This document shows positions 56,435 to 64,000 of a DNA stretch of 64,000 nucleotides, piece by piece (position 1 is the first letter of the stretch; each line of letters begins with the position of its first letter). A program made the position numbers and the translations under genes. This DNA comes from an uncultured Actinomycetota bacterium (GTDB taxonomy: Bacteria; Actinomycetota; CALGFH01). The stretch covers positions 11,640-75,639 of the forward strand of contig CAVTCL010000003.1 of the NCBI GenBank assembly GCA_963733175.1, given 5' to 3'. The notes below the pieces were generated by a model. That model had not been told where the DNA came from. It worked only from the letters and a program-made list of their open reading frames with translations, and ran no database searches.

Positions 56435-56552
56435 CCTGTTGCGCGTGGCTCGCTGATCTCCAACAGAAAACGGTACCCGCCCCCCACGACAGCCGCGCCC
56501 GCTCCGCCGCCGACGGTTAGGATCGGGCCGAACTCAGCCAACGTCGCATCCT

Positions 56553-57595
56553 GTGACCGGCTGGGCGGTTGACGACGACCACGACGGGCCGATCACCGTC
56601 GCGCTGTACCTCGACGGGCGGTTCTGGCGGCGGGTCACCGCCGACCTGGAACGGCCCGACCTGGAGGGCCAGGGAGCGGGGCGGCACGGGTTCTCGGTCC
56701 CCCACGCCCTGGAACCCGCCAGCAGGTCACGGCGCTGGCGCTCGGGGTGCGCTCGGACGGCTCCCGCGAACGGCACCACGTGCCGCTGGCCGGATCGCCG
56801 GGCACCACCCCGGACGGCTACCTGGCTCCGGGCGTGGTCCACCTGGCGACCACCGACCCGAGCGGGCCGTTCGCCATCAACGTGGTCACCGTCGACCTGG
56901 CCGCCTCCTCGAAGATCGACGTCGCCCTGGCCCTTGACGTGCTCCCGGGCCAGGAGACGACCTCGTCGATGGCCAGGCGCCGGGGGGCGACGGTGGCCGT
57001 CAACGGCGACTACGTCCACCCGACCGGCGCCCCCGACCTGGCCGCGCTCGAGCCGGGCGACCAGGTCACCGTGGCCTGGTCCTTCGCCGCCTGGCCGGGG
57101 ATCCTCGAGACCAGCGGCGGCAACCCCACCCTGGTCCGGAACGGCCGGGTCCTGAGCGGCAACGTCGACGGGACCACCCCCTTCCACCGCCGCAACCCCC
57201 GGACCGCCGTCGGGGCCACCGCCGACGGGCGGCTGCTGATCGTGACCGTCGACGGCCGCCAGCCCGGCCACAGCGTCGGCATGAGCCTGCGGGAGCTGGC
57301 CGAGTTGTTCGTGCGCCTTGGCGCCCGGTCGGCCATCAACCTGGACGGCGGCGGGTCGACCACCATGGTGATCGACGGCACGATCGTCAACCGGATCTCC
57401 GACCCGCAGGAGCGTCGGGTGCCGACGGCCCTGCTGGTCATGCGTGCGCCCGCTCCAGCGGTCCCGCCGGTCGAGGCCGCCCTGGCCCCCGAGGCGGAGG
57501 CGGCCGGCCAGCGGGCCGATCTCGACGCAGCCGCCGCCGACCCGGGCTCGACCGGGGGGCTGCTCCGGTGGCTGGCCGCGCGGGACCCCGGCTGA
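56553..57595 (+). CDS. phosphodiester glycosidase family protein (NAGPA / PF09992-like), apparent frameshifts
   Basis: ..GATVAVNGDYVHPTGAP...GRQPGHSVGMSLRELAELFVRLGARSAINLDGGGSTTMV..; the N-terminal part is in another frame. Confidence 0.6.
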
Positions 57596-57610
57596 CCCCG
57601 GGCCGCCGGG

Positions 57611-58477
57611 TCAGCCGGGGCCGGCGAGGAAGGCGAGCAGCTCGGCGGCCAGGGCGTCGGGGGCTTCCTCGGCCATGTGGTGGCCGGAGGGGAAGGGGCG
57701 GCCACGCAGGTCGGCCGCCCAGGGACGCCAGACGCCGAGGACGTCGCCGTACAGGTCGGGCAGGTCGTCGCCGGTGGCCCACAGGACCAGGGTGGGGCAG
57801 GCGACCTGGCGGCCGGCGCGCCGGTCCTCGTCGTCGTGGCGGCGGTCGGGACCGAGGCCGGCCCGGTAGTCCTCCATCATGGCGTGGACGGTGGCCGGGT
57901 CGTGGATGGCCCGCCGGTAGTCGGCGTAGGCCTCCTCCCCCATGGCCTCCGGCCCAAAGGCGTACCAGCCCTCGGGGTCGGCGCTGATCACCCGCTCGGC
58001 CCGCTTGGCCGTCTGGCCGTAGAAGAACCAGTGCCACCAGCTGGCGGCGAAGCGGGCGTCGCAGCGGGCCAGCGCCTCCCCGATGGGGACGGCGTCCAGC
58101 ACGGCCAGGGCGGTCACCGCCGACGGATGGTCGAGCGCGGTCCGCAGGGCCACGTACGCGCCGCGGTCGTGGCCGACCACGGCGAAGCGCCGGTGCCCGA
58201 GGGCGCCCATGAGGGCCAGGCAGTCGGCGGCCATGGCCCGCTTGGCGTAGGGCTCGTGGCCGGGGGTGGTCGGCGGCTTGGACGACTCGCCGTAGCCCCG
58301 CAGGTCGGGGCAGACCACGGTGTGCGACCGGGCCAGCAGCGGCGCCACCCGGTGCCAGGTGGCGTGGGTCCGCGGGTGGCCGTGCAGCAGCAGCACGGCC
58401 GGCCCGGCCCCGCCGTGGCGGACCCGCAGGACCGCCTCGCCCACGTCGACCCGCTCCAGGGTGAAGCCGTCGAACAC
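57611..58477 (-). CDS. alpha/beta hydrolase (haloalkane/fluoroacetate dehalogenase / epoxide hydrolase-like)
   Basis: 288 aa ..VLLLHGHPRTHATWHRVAPLL...VVGHDRGAYVAL...; HGxP oxyanion, GHDRG nucleophile elbow (Asp nucleophile), C-terminal His. Confidence 0.8.
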   Translation of the reverse strand: MFDGFTLERVDVGEAVLRVRHGGAGPAVLLLHGHPRTHATWHRVAPLLARSHTVVCPDLRGYGESSKPPTTPGHEPYAKRAMAADCLALMGALGHRRFAVVGHDRGAYVALRTALDHPSAVTALAVLDAVPIGEALARCDARFAASWWHWFFYGQTAKRAERVISADPEGWYAFGPEAMGEEAYADYRRAIHDPATVHAMMEDYRAGLGPDRRHDDEDRRAGRQVACPTLVLWATGDDLPDLYGDVLGVWRPWAADLRGRPFPSGHHMAEEAPDALAAELLAFLAGPG

Positions 58478-58486
58478 CGGGCCTCC

Positions 58487-58918
58487 TCAGCCGACGGGGC
58501 GGGAGTTGACGCGGAACTCGGCCGGGGTGGTGCCGTCGCCGTCCTCCAGGCCCCAGCTGACGATGTGGGTGGGGCGGATGCGGAGGAACTCCTCGGCGAA
58601 GTTGGGGAAGCGCGGGTTGATGGTGCCGCCGCCGCTGGCCAGGGCCTCGGCCCGACCGCGGACCTCGAGCGCCCGGGCCCGGCGGGGGTCGCGCAGGACG
58701 TCGTCGAGCAGGAGGGTCACCTTCGGGTTGCGGCGGGCGTCCCGCCACTTCTTGGACTTGCCGAAGTTCACCCCGCCGACGTCGATCGCGTCCTCCTCGG
58801 CGTTGAAGGTGAAGGTCAGCGGGACCAGGTGCGGCTGGCCGTCAGGGCCGACGGTGGCCAGCCGGGCCAGGCCCTGGCTGTTGAGGTAGTCGATCTCGGT
58901 CGGCGTGAAGGCGCTCAT
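58487..58918 (-). CDS. PPOX-class (F420/FMN-dependent split-barrel) family protein
   Basis: 143 aa MSAFTPTEIDYLNSQGLARLATVGPDGQPHLVPLTFTF.. Confidence 0.7.
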   Translation of the reverse strand: MSAFTPTEIDYLNSQGLARLATVGPDGQPHLVPLTFTFNAEEDAIDVGGVNFGKSKKWRDARRNPKVTLLLDDVLRDPRRARALEVRGRAEALASGGGTINPRFPNFAEEFLRIRPTHIVSWGLEDGDGTTPAEFRVNSRPVG

Positions 58919-59033
58919 CGGGCTCCTCTCGTTCGGTTCCCGGTAGCCTACGACCGGGGCGGCGGCGGAGGAGGAGGGCGGCCGCCGGGAGGCCGGGGGC
59001 GAAGCCGTAGCCGGCGCCGTAGCCCGACCACGC

Positions 59034-59729
59034 TCAACCGCGGGTGAGGGCGAGGAGGAACTCGATCTCGCCGCTGTCCTCGGTGGTGACCGGGCCGAAG
59101 CTCGGGCTGGCGATGCCGTAGTCGGCGAAGGTGACGGGGATCGAGCCGCTGGCCTGGACGGTGTCGCCGCTTCGCTGGACGGTGACGTCGACCGTCACCT
59201 GCCTGGTGGTGCCGTGCAGGGTGAGCGCGCCGGTGGCGCTGGCCGTGACCGTCCCGCCGTCGGCGGGGAGCGACGCCAGGGTGATCGGCTCGGCCAGCTC
59301 GAAGGTGGCGGTCGGGTAGCTGGCGGTCTCCATGATGCGGCCCTGGAACTGGCTGTCGCGCCGCTCCTCGTCGCTGGTCACCTGGGTCAGGTCGACGGTG
59401 AAGGAGCCGCTGGAGACCTCGCTGCCGGACAGGGTGAGCTCGCCGGTGACGGCGCTGGTGCGGCCGACGGCCTCGGTGTCCTGGCCGAACAGGACCTCCT
59501 TGACCCGGTAGCCGGCCTGCGAGCCGGTGGCCGCGGTCCAGGTGCCGTCCAGCGGGGCCGCGGCGTCGGCCGTGGCCCCGCCGGTGGTCGCCGTCGCCGC
59601 CAGCCGTTCGGGGGCGTCACCCTGGAGGTAGTTGATGTAGACGAACGGCCCGCCGACGGCCAGCACCACCGCCACCACGGCGGCCGCCACCAGCATGCGC
59701 CTTGGGCCCCTGGACCTTGACTGCTGCAC
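59034..59729 (-). CDS. YceI-like domain protein with an N-terminal membrane anchor
   Basis: Basic N-terminus plus a TM helix LVAAAVVAVVLAVGGPFVYI, then a YceI lipid/polyisoprenoid-binding domain (..TWTAATGSQAGYRVKEVLFG...ALTLHGTTRQVTVDVTV..); GTG start with gggagga Shine-Dalgarno. Confidence 0.7.
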   Translation of the reverse strand: MQQSRSRGPRRMLVAAAVVAVVLAVGGPFVYINYLQGDAPERLAATATTGGATADAAAPLDGTWTAATGSQAGYRVKEVLFGQDTEAVGRTSAVTGELTLSGSEVSSGSFTVDLTQVTSDEERRDSQFQGRIMETASYPTATFELAEPITLASLPADGGTVTASATGALTLHGTTRQVTVDVTVQRSGDTVQASGSIPVTFADYGIASPSFGPVTTEDSGEIEFLLALTRG

Positions 59730-59954
59730 GACATCCTCCCTGTCACTGGCTGAGATGGGGCAAGTGTGGGCGCCCAACCTTGGAGTTCCCTGAAAGAACC
59801 CTGTGAGGGTGGTGGACGGCCGCCCGGTCGCGGCCGGGAAGATAGGGAACGGGCGGCCCGAAGATAGGGACCCCCTCCGGATGTGGCCCGGTGGGGGCTG
59901 TTCGACACTCCTGGCCAGCCGGACCTTCCGGCGCGCACACGACAGGAGGCGAGC

Positions 59955-60227
59955 ATGCCCCGTTACGTGGTCGAGCGCACCTTCGCCGACGGCCTGCGGA
60001 TCCCGGCCGACGAGCAGGGCGCCAAGGCCTGCATGGCCGTGGTCGAGGTCAACGCCAGCGAAGGCGTCACCTGGGTCCACTCCTACGTCACCGACGACCG
60101 GAACAAGACCTTCTGCGTCTACGACGGCCCCAACCCCGAGGCGATCCGCGGCGCCGCCGAGCGCAACGGCCTGCCCGTCGACCGGATCTCCGAGGTGCGG
60201 GTCCTCGACCCGTACTTCCACCGTTGA
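59955..60227 (+). CDS. DUF4242-domain protein
   Basis: MPRYVVERTFADGLRIPADEQGAKACMAVVEVNASEGVTWVHSYVTDD..; aggagg Shine-Dalgarno. Confidence 0.65.
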   Translation: MPRYVVERTFADGLRIPADEQGAKACMAVVEVNASEGVTWVHSYVTDDRNKTFCVYDGPNPEAIRGAAERNGLPVDRISEVRVLDPYFHR

Positions 60228-60241
60228 GCAGAGGAGGAACG

Positions 60242-60895
60242 ATGCGACGGATCCTGATCGCCACGCTCGGCGTGGCGCTGCTCACCGGCACCGTGCTGGC
60301 GGTCCGGGGCGCGGCCGCCGGTCCCGCGGCGCCGCCGGCCCAGGCCGCCGAGGCGGCGGCCGCGGCGGGCCACCAGCACCCGGCGGCCGCGACCAGCGGC
60401 GGGGGCGGCAAGGGGCTGGCCAACCAGCTCGCCAAGGCCCGCCTGGCCACCGCCAGGTACGCCACCAGCCTGAAGGCCGCCAAGGCCGACGGCTACGGGA
60501 TCATCACCCGCATGATCCCCGACATGGGCTACCACTTCCTCAACCCGACCATCCAGGGCTTCGACGTCACCAAGCCGCACATCCTGGTCTACGAGCGCCG
60601 CGGCGGCGCCTGGACCCTCGGCGCCCTCGAGTGGGTGTTCCCCTCGACGCCGACCACCCCGCCGCTGCCCGGGGCGACCTACGGCTCCTTCGGCGCCGCC
60701 TGCCACTACAAGGACGGCACCTTCGTGTTCGCGTCCGCCCAGGACCAGTGCGCCAGGCGCAGCCCCCAGACCGGCGCCGCCTTCAATTTCTGGCACCCGG
60801 ACCTGGTGACCCTGCACGTGTGGCTCTGGTACCACAACCCCGACGGCCTCTACAGCGGCACCAACCCCCTGGTCCAACCCTTCAACCGGGGGTAG
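60242..60895 (+). CDS. secreted hypothetical protein
   Basis: Signal peptide MRRILIATLGVALLTGTVLAVRGAAA; gaggagga Shine-Dalgarno; no known domain recognised. Confidence 0.55.
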   Translation: MRRILIATLGVALLTGTVLAVRGAAAGPAAPPAQAAEAAAAAGHQHPAAATSGGGGKGLANQLAKARLATARYATSLKAAKADGYGIITRMIPDMGYHFLNPTIQGFDVTKPHILVYERRGGAWTLGALEWVFPSTPTTPPLPGATYGSFGAACHYKDGTFVFASAQDQCARRSPQTGAAFNFWHPDLVTLHVWLWYHNPDGLYSGTNPLVQPFNRG

Positions 60896-61015
60896 GCACA
60901 GCGGGTCGCGCCGGCGGCGACCAACCGGTCGGCCTCGGCGTCGACCCGCTCCCGGCGGTCGCCATGGCCCGAGCCTACATGGCCGGTGTGTCAGCCCGGG
61001 TTACCCTGATGGGCC

Positions 61016-61903
61016 ATGCGCGTCTTCCTGGTCGACGGCACCTACGAGCTGTTCCGCCACTACTACGGGGTGCCGCCGCACCGCACCGCCGAGGGTGCCG
61101 AGGTGGCGGCCACCCGCGGGGTCCTCTGGTCGGTGCTGCGCCTGGTCGAGCAGGGCGTGACCCACCTGGGGGTGGCCACCGACCACGTCATCGAGTCGTT
61201 CCGCAACGACCTGTGGCCGAGCTACAAGTCGTCGGCCGGGCTCGACCCCCGGCTGCTGGGCCAGTTCGGGCTGCTGGAGGTGGCCCTCGAGGCCATGGGG
61301 GTGGTCGTGTGGCCGATGGTCGAGCTGGAGGCCGACGACGCCCTGGCCAGCGCGGCCGCCGTCGCCGACGACGACCCCAGGGTCGAGCAGGTGGTGATCT
61401 GCACCCCCGACAAGGACCTCGGCCAGTGCGTCCGCGGCGGCCGGGTGGTCCAGCTCGACCGGCGCAACCAGGTCGTCTACGACGAGGCCAGGGTGACGGC
61501 GAAGTTCGGCGTCGGCCCCCCGTCGATCCCCGACTACCTGGCCCTGGTCGGCGACTCGGCCGACGGCTTCCCCGGCCTGCCCGGGTGGGGGGCCAAGTCG
61601 GCCGCCACCGTGCTCGCCCACTACCACCACATCGAGCAGATCCCCGACACCCCGGGCCAGTGGGCGGTGGCGGTCCGCGGCCGGCCCGCCCTGGCCGCCA
61701 CCCTGCGGGAGCTGCGCCGCGACGCCATGCTGTTCAAGGACCTGGCCACCCTCCGGGTCGACCGCTCCCTGCTCGCCGACGTCGACGAGCTGCGCTGGAC
61801 CGGCCCCACCCCGGTGTTCGCCGACGTGTGCGAGCGCATCGACGCCCGCTCCCTGGCCACCCAGGCGGCCAGGGTCGCCGGTCAGCGGGTACGCCCGGAT
61901 TGA
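61016..61903 (+). CDS. 5'-3' exonuclease family protein (FEN/PIN plus H3TH)
   Basis: MRVFLVDGTYELFRHYY...EADDALASAA...ICTPDKDLGQCV...GDSADGFPGLPGWGAKSAATVLAHY; canonical 5'-3' exo motifs. Confidence 0.85.
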   Translation: MRVFLVDGTYELFRHYYGVPPHRTAEGAEVAATRGVLWSVLRLVEQGVTHLGVATDHVIESFRNDLWPSYKSSAGLDPRLLGQFGLLEVALEAMGVVVWPMVELEADDALASAAAVADDDPRVEQVVICTPDKDLGQCVRGGRVVQLDRRNQVVYDEARVTAKFGVGPPSIPDYLALVGDSADGFPGLPGWGAKSAATVLAHYHHIEQIPDTPGQWAVAVRGRPALAATLRELRRDAMLFKDLATLRVDRSLLADVDELRWTGPTPVFADVCERIDARSLATQAARVAGQRVRPD

Positions 61904-61935
61904 CAGGGCGCCGACCGTCGGTGCAGCGTGCCATC

Positions 61936-63528
61936 ATGCAAAGCAGGCAGCAGCGGCCCCTGCCGGGCCTGGCCGGCGCCGACCAGTTCCGGCTGCTGGT
62001 CGAGGCCGTCAAGGATTACGCGATCTTCCTGCTCGACCCCGACGGCCGGGTGGTCAGCTGGAACGCGGGCGCGGAACGGATCAAGGGGTACACGGCCGAC
62101 GAGATCCTCGGCCAGGAGTTCACCCAGTTCTACGAGCCGGACGACGTCGCCGCCGGCCTCCCGGCCACCATGCTCGCCCGGGCGGCCAAGGAGGGCCGCG
62201 CCCAGGATCGGGGCTGGCGGGTCGGCAAGGACGGCCGCCGCTTCTACGCCCAGGTCACCATCACCGCCCTGTTCGACGCCCAGGGCCGGCTCATCGGGTA
62301 CGCCAAGATCACCCAGGACGTGACCGCCGAGCTGGAGGCCGAGCAGGCCCGCCGCGAACGGGAGTACCAGCTCGCCGAGGCCCAGCGGGTCGCCAAGCTG
62401 GGCAGCTTCGAATGGGCGCTGGCCAGCGGCCAGGTGACCTGGAGCGCGGAGCTGTGCCGGATCCTCGGCCTCGACCCCGAGGCGTGCCGGGGCACCATCG
62501 ACGGGCTGCTGCACCGGATCCACCCCGACGACCGCCCGGAGGCGGCCGCGACCCTGCGCCGGGCGGCCACCGACGGGACCTCGTTCCGCATGCAGGCCCG
62601 GATCCTGCGGCCCACCGGCGAGCAGCGGGTCCTGTCCGGCTGGGGCGACGTCACCCGCGACGAGCAGGGCCGGCCGTCACGGATGCTCGGGGTCTGCCAG
62701 GACGTCACCGACTGGCGCCAGCGCGAGGAGCAGCTCGTCGACGCCCAGGCCCAGGCCGAGCTGTCGCGGCGGCTGCAGAGCGGGCTGCTGCCCAGCCTGT
62801 CGCTGCCCGACCCGGCGCTGGAGCTGCGCACCCGGTACCGGCCGGGGCACGAGCGGGCGCTGCTGGGCGCGGACTTCTTCGACGCCCTGCCGCTGGCCGA
62901 CGGCACCGTCGCCCTGCTGATCGGCGACGTCGCCGGGCATGGCCCGGCCGAGGCCGCGGTCGGGGTCGCGCTGCGGTCCGCCTGGCGCGCGCTGGTGCTG
63001 ACCGGCCACGAGCCCGACGACCTGCTCGACGGGCTGGACAAGGTGCTGGTCTGCAACCGTCAGTCGGAGGAGCTGTTCGCCACCGTCTGCTGCTGCTGGG
63101 TCGGCCCCGGCCACGACCGGATCACCGTCGCCCTGGCCGGCCATCCCCCGCCGCTGCTCGCCCGGGCCGGCCGGGTGGAGGTGGTCGAGGTCCCGGGCGG
63201 GCCCGCCCTCGGCATCCTCGACCAGCCCCACCCCTGGGAGGCGGGCGTGCTCGAGGTCAGCGACGGCTGGACCCTGCTGTGCTACACCGACGGGCTGGTC
63301 GAGGGCCGCGGCGCGCCCGGCGCGGTGGAGCGGTTCGGGATCGAGGCCCTGGTCGAGCAGGCCACCGGGCTGCTGGCGGGCGCCGCCGGGCTCGACGACG
63401 TGCTCGACCGGCTGCTCGACGTCGTCCACGAGGCCAACGGCGGCGACCTGTCGGACGACGTCGCCATCCTCTGCCTGTCCCGGGCCACCGCCGATCCCCC
63501 GACCCCGGAGCGCCCCCCGGATGCCTGA
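61936..63528 (+). CDS. PAS-domain sensor with a PP2C (SpoIIE/RsbU-type) serine phosphatase domain
   Basis: Two PAS modules (..FRLLVEAVKDYAIFLLDPDGRVVSWNAGAERIKGYTADEILGQ.. and ..AQRVAKLGSFEWALASGQVTWSAELCRILG..) then a PP2C domain (..ALLIGDVAGHGPAEAAVGV...LLCYTDGLVEGRG..). Confidence 0.85.
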   Translation: MQSRQQRPLPGLAGADQFRLLVEAVKDYAIFLLDPDGRVVSWNAGAERIKGYTADEILGQEFTQFYEPDDVAAGLPATMLARAAKEGRAQDRGWRVGKDGRRFYAQVTITALFDAQGRLIGYAKITQDVTAELEAEQARREREYQLAEAQRVAKLGSFEWALASGQVTWSAELCRILGLDPEACRGTIDGLLHRIHPDDRPEAAATLRRAATDGTSFRMQARILRPTGEQRVLSGWGDVTRDEQGRPSRMLGVCQDVTDWRQREEQLVDAQAQAELSRRLQSGLLPSLSLPDPALELRTRYRPGHERALLGADFFDALPLADGTVALLIGDVAGHGPAEAAVGVALRSAWRALVLTGHEPDDLLDGLDKVLVCNRQSEELFATVCCCWVGPGHDRITVALAGHPPPLLARAGRVEVVEVPGGPALGILDQPHPWEAGVLEVSDGWTLLCYTDGLVEGRGAPGAVERFGIEALVEQATGLLAGAAGLDDVLDRLLDVVHEANGGDLSDDVAILCLSRATADPPTPERPPDA

Positions 63529-64000
63529 CCCGCCGACCCGCTCCATGCGACGGCCGGAGGCCGCCCGGATCGCGCTCCCCCGCAGCCCGTCCAGCGTCGC
63601 CGCGGCCCGCCGCTTCATCGAGGCCAGGGCCGCGGCCTGGTCGTTCCCGGAGCGGGCCAGCGAGCAGCTCGTCCTGATCGGCTCGGAGCTGGTCACCAAC
63701 GCCGTGCTGCACGCCCGGACCGAGCTCACCCTCACCCTGGAGCTCCGCGAGGACCGGGTCCGCATCAGCGTCAAGGACCGGTCGCAGGCCCCGGCGACCC
63801 TGCGCCACTACCGGACCGACGCCCTCACCGGCCGGGGCCTCGGGGTGGTGGCCGCCCTCAGCGACACCTGGGGGGTCAGCGCGGCCGCCGACGGCAAGGT
63901 CGTCTGGGCGGAGCTGGGCGCCAACGGCGACGAGCCGACGGCCCCCCGGCCGCCCGACCTGCGCGACGCCCCCTCCACCCCGTCGACCGGCACCCCCGGG
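63521..64000 (+). CDS. anti-sigma regulatory factor (RsbW-like Ser/Thr kinase, HATPase_c); 3' end beyond the window
   Basis: ..QLVLIGSELVTNAVLHARTELTLTLELREDRVRISVKDRS...GRGLGVVAALSDTWGV.. ATP-binding N and G boxes; ATG overlaps the phosphatase stop (ATGCCTGA). Confidence 0.75.
   Translation, partial: MPDPPTRSMRRPEAARIALPRSPSSVAAARRFIEARAAAWSFPERASEQLVLIGSELVTNAVLHARTELTLTLELREDRVRISVKDRSQAPATLRHYRTDALTGRGLGVVAALSDTWGVSAAADGKVVWAELGANGDEPTAPRPPDLRDAPSTPSTGTPG

Noticed and set aside
59803-63528. A 1241-aa plus-strand ORF
   Set aside because: Only the last 531 codons (from ATG 61936) encode a recognisable PAS-PP2C protein. The upstream part is Pro/Arg/Gly-rich translation of the opposite strand of real genes (5'-3' exonuclease, secreted protein) and is a GC artefact.

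Overview
This 64 kb window is high-GC (about 72%) actinobacterial-type DNA: almost no stop codons in any frame, and GTG/TTG starts are common. All calls were made by reading protein motifs in the translations. No rRNA, tRNA, CRISPR or transposase was recognised. The main content is a two-part aromatic-catabolism island built around a bacterial microcompartment (BMC) locus. Part one (1..5429, minus strand) is a meta-cleavage lower-pathway operon: semialdehyde dehydrogenase, HAD hydrolase, Rieske ferredoxin, 4-oxalocrotonate tautomerase, two MhpD-fold hydratase/decarboxylases, 4-hydroxy-2-oxovalerate aldolase and acylating acetaldehyde dehydrogenase, chained by 4-bp start/stop overlaps. An IclR regulator and a hypothetical follow (5529..7084). 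Part two (7188..24528) carries tandem catechol 2,3-dioxygenases, a histidine phosphatase, a split PEP-utilising enzyme pair (phenylphosphate-synthase PpsB/PpsA-like), a Rieske oxygenase alpha subunit, an HNH/DUF222 pseudogene, a methyltransferase and a VAO-type FAD oxidase. It ends in a minus-strand operon, read 5'->3': two LigB-type extradiol dioxygenase subunits (AmnA/AmnB-like), two BMC-H shell proteins, one EutN/CcmL-type BMC vertex protein, a second PpsA-like enzyme, a HAD hydrolase and a RidA-family protein (a 2-aminomuconate-deaminase candidate). It is controlled from a divergent IclR gene whose promoter region holds a perfect 9-bp-arm palindrome. I read this as a candidate aromatic (ARO-type) metabolosome, probably for 2-aminophenol or a related substrate, with unexplained PEP-dependent phosphotransferase/phosphatase modules attached. 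The rest of the window encodes: a flavin monooxygenase with an alpha/beta hydrolase; a LuxR regulator; a sugar ABC operon that unusually carries a second PpsB-like gene plus HAD, esterase and PPOX genes; a membrane protein, a NUDIX hydrolase and a cNMP-binding protein; a PolA-family polymerase, a LysM protein, a VOC protein, a membrane adenylate cyclase, uricase and an IclR regulator; a galactoside-utilisation locus (DeoR regulator, substrate-binding protein, two permeases, GH36 alpha-galactosidase, GH2 beta-galactosidase); a second FAD oxidase, a phosphodiester glycosidase, a hydrolase, a PPOX-family protein, a YceI-like protein, a DUF4242 protein, a secreted protein and a 5'-3' exonuclease; and a PAS-PP2C phosphatase with an anti-sigma kinase. 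At least 18 genes are interrupted by single-base indels, mostly at G/C homopolymers. This points to sequencing or assembly error rather than real pseudogenes, so coordinates of frameshifted genes are approximate.
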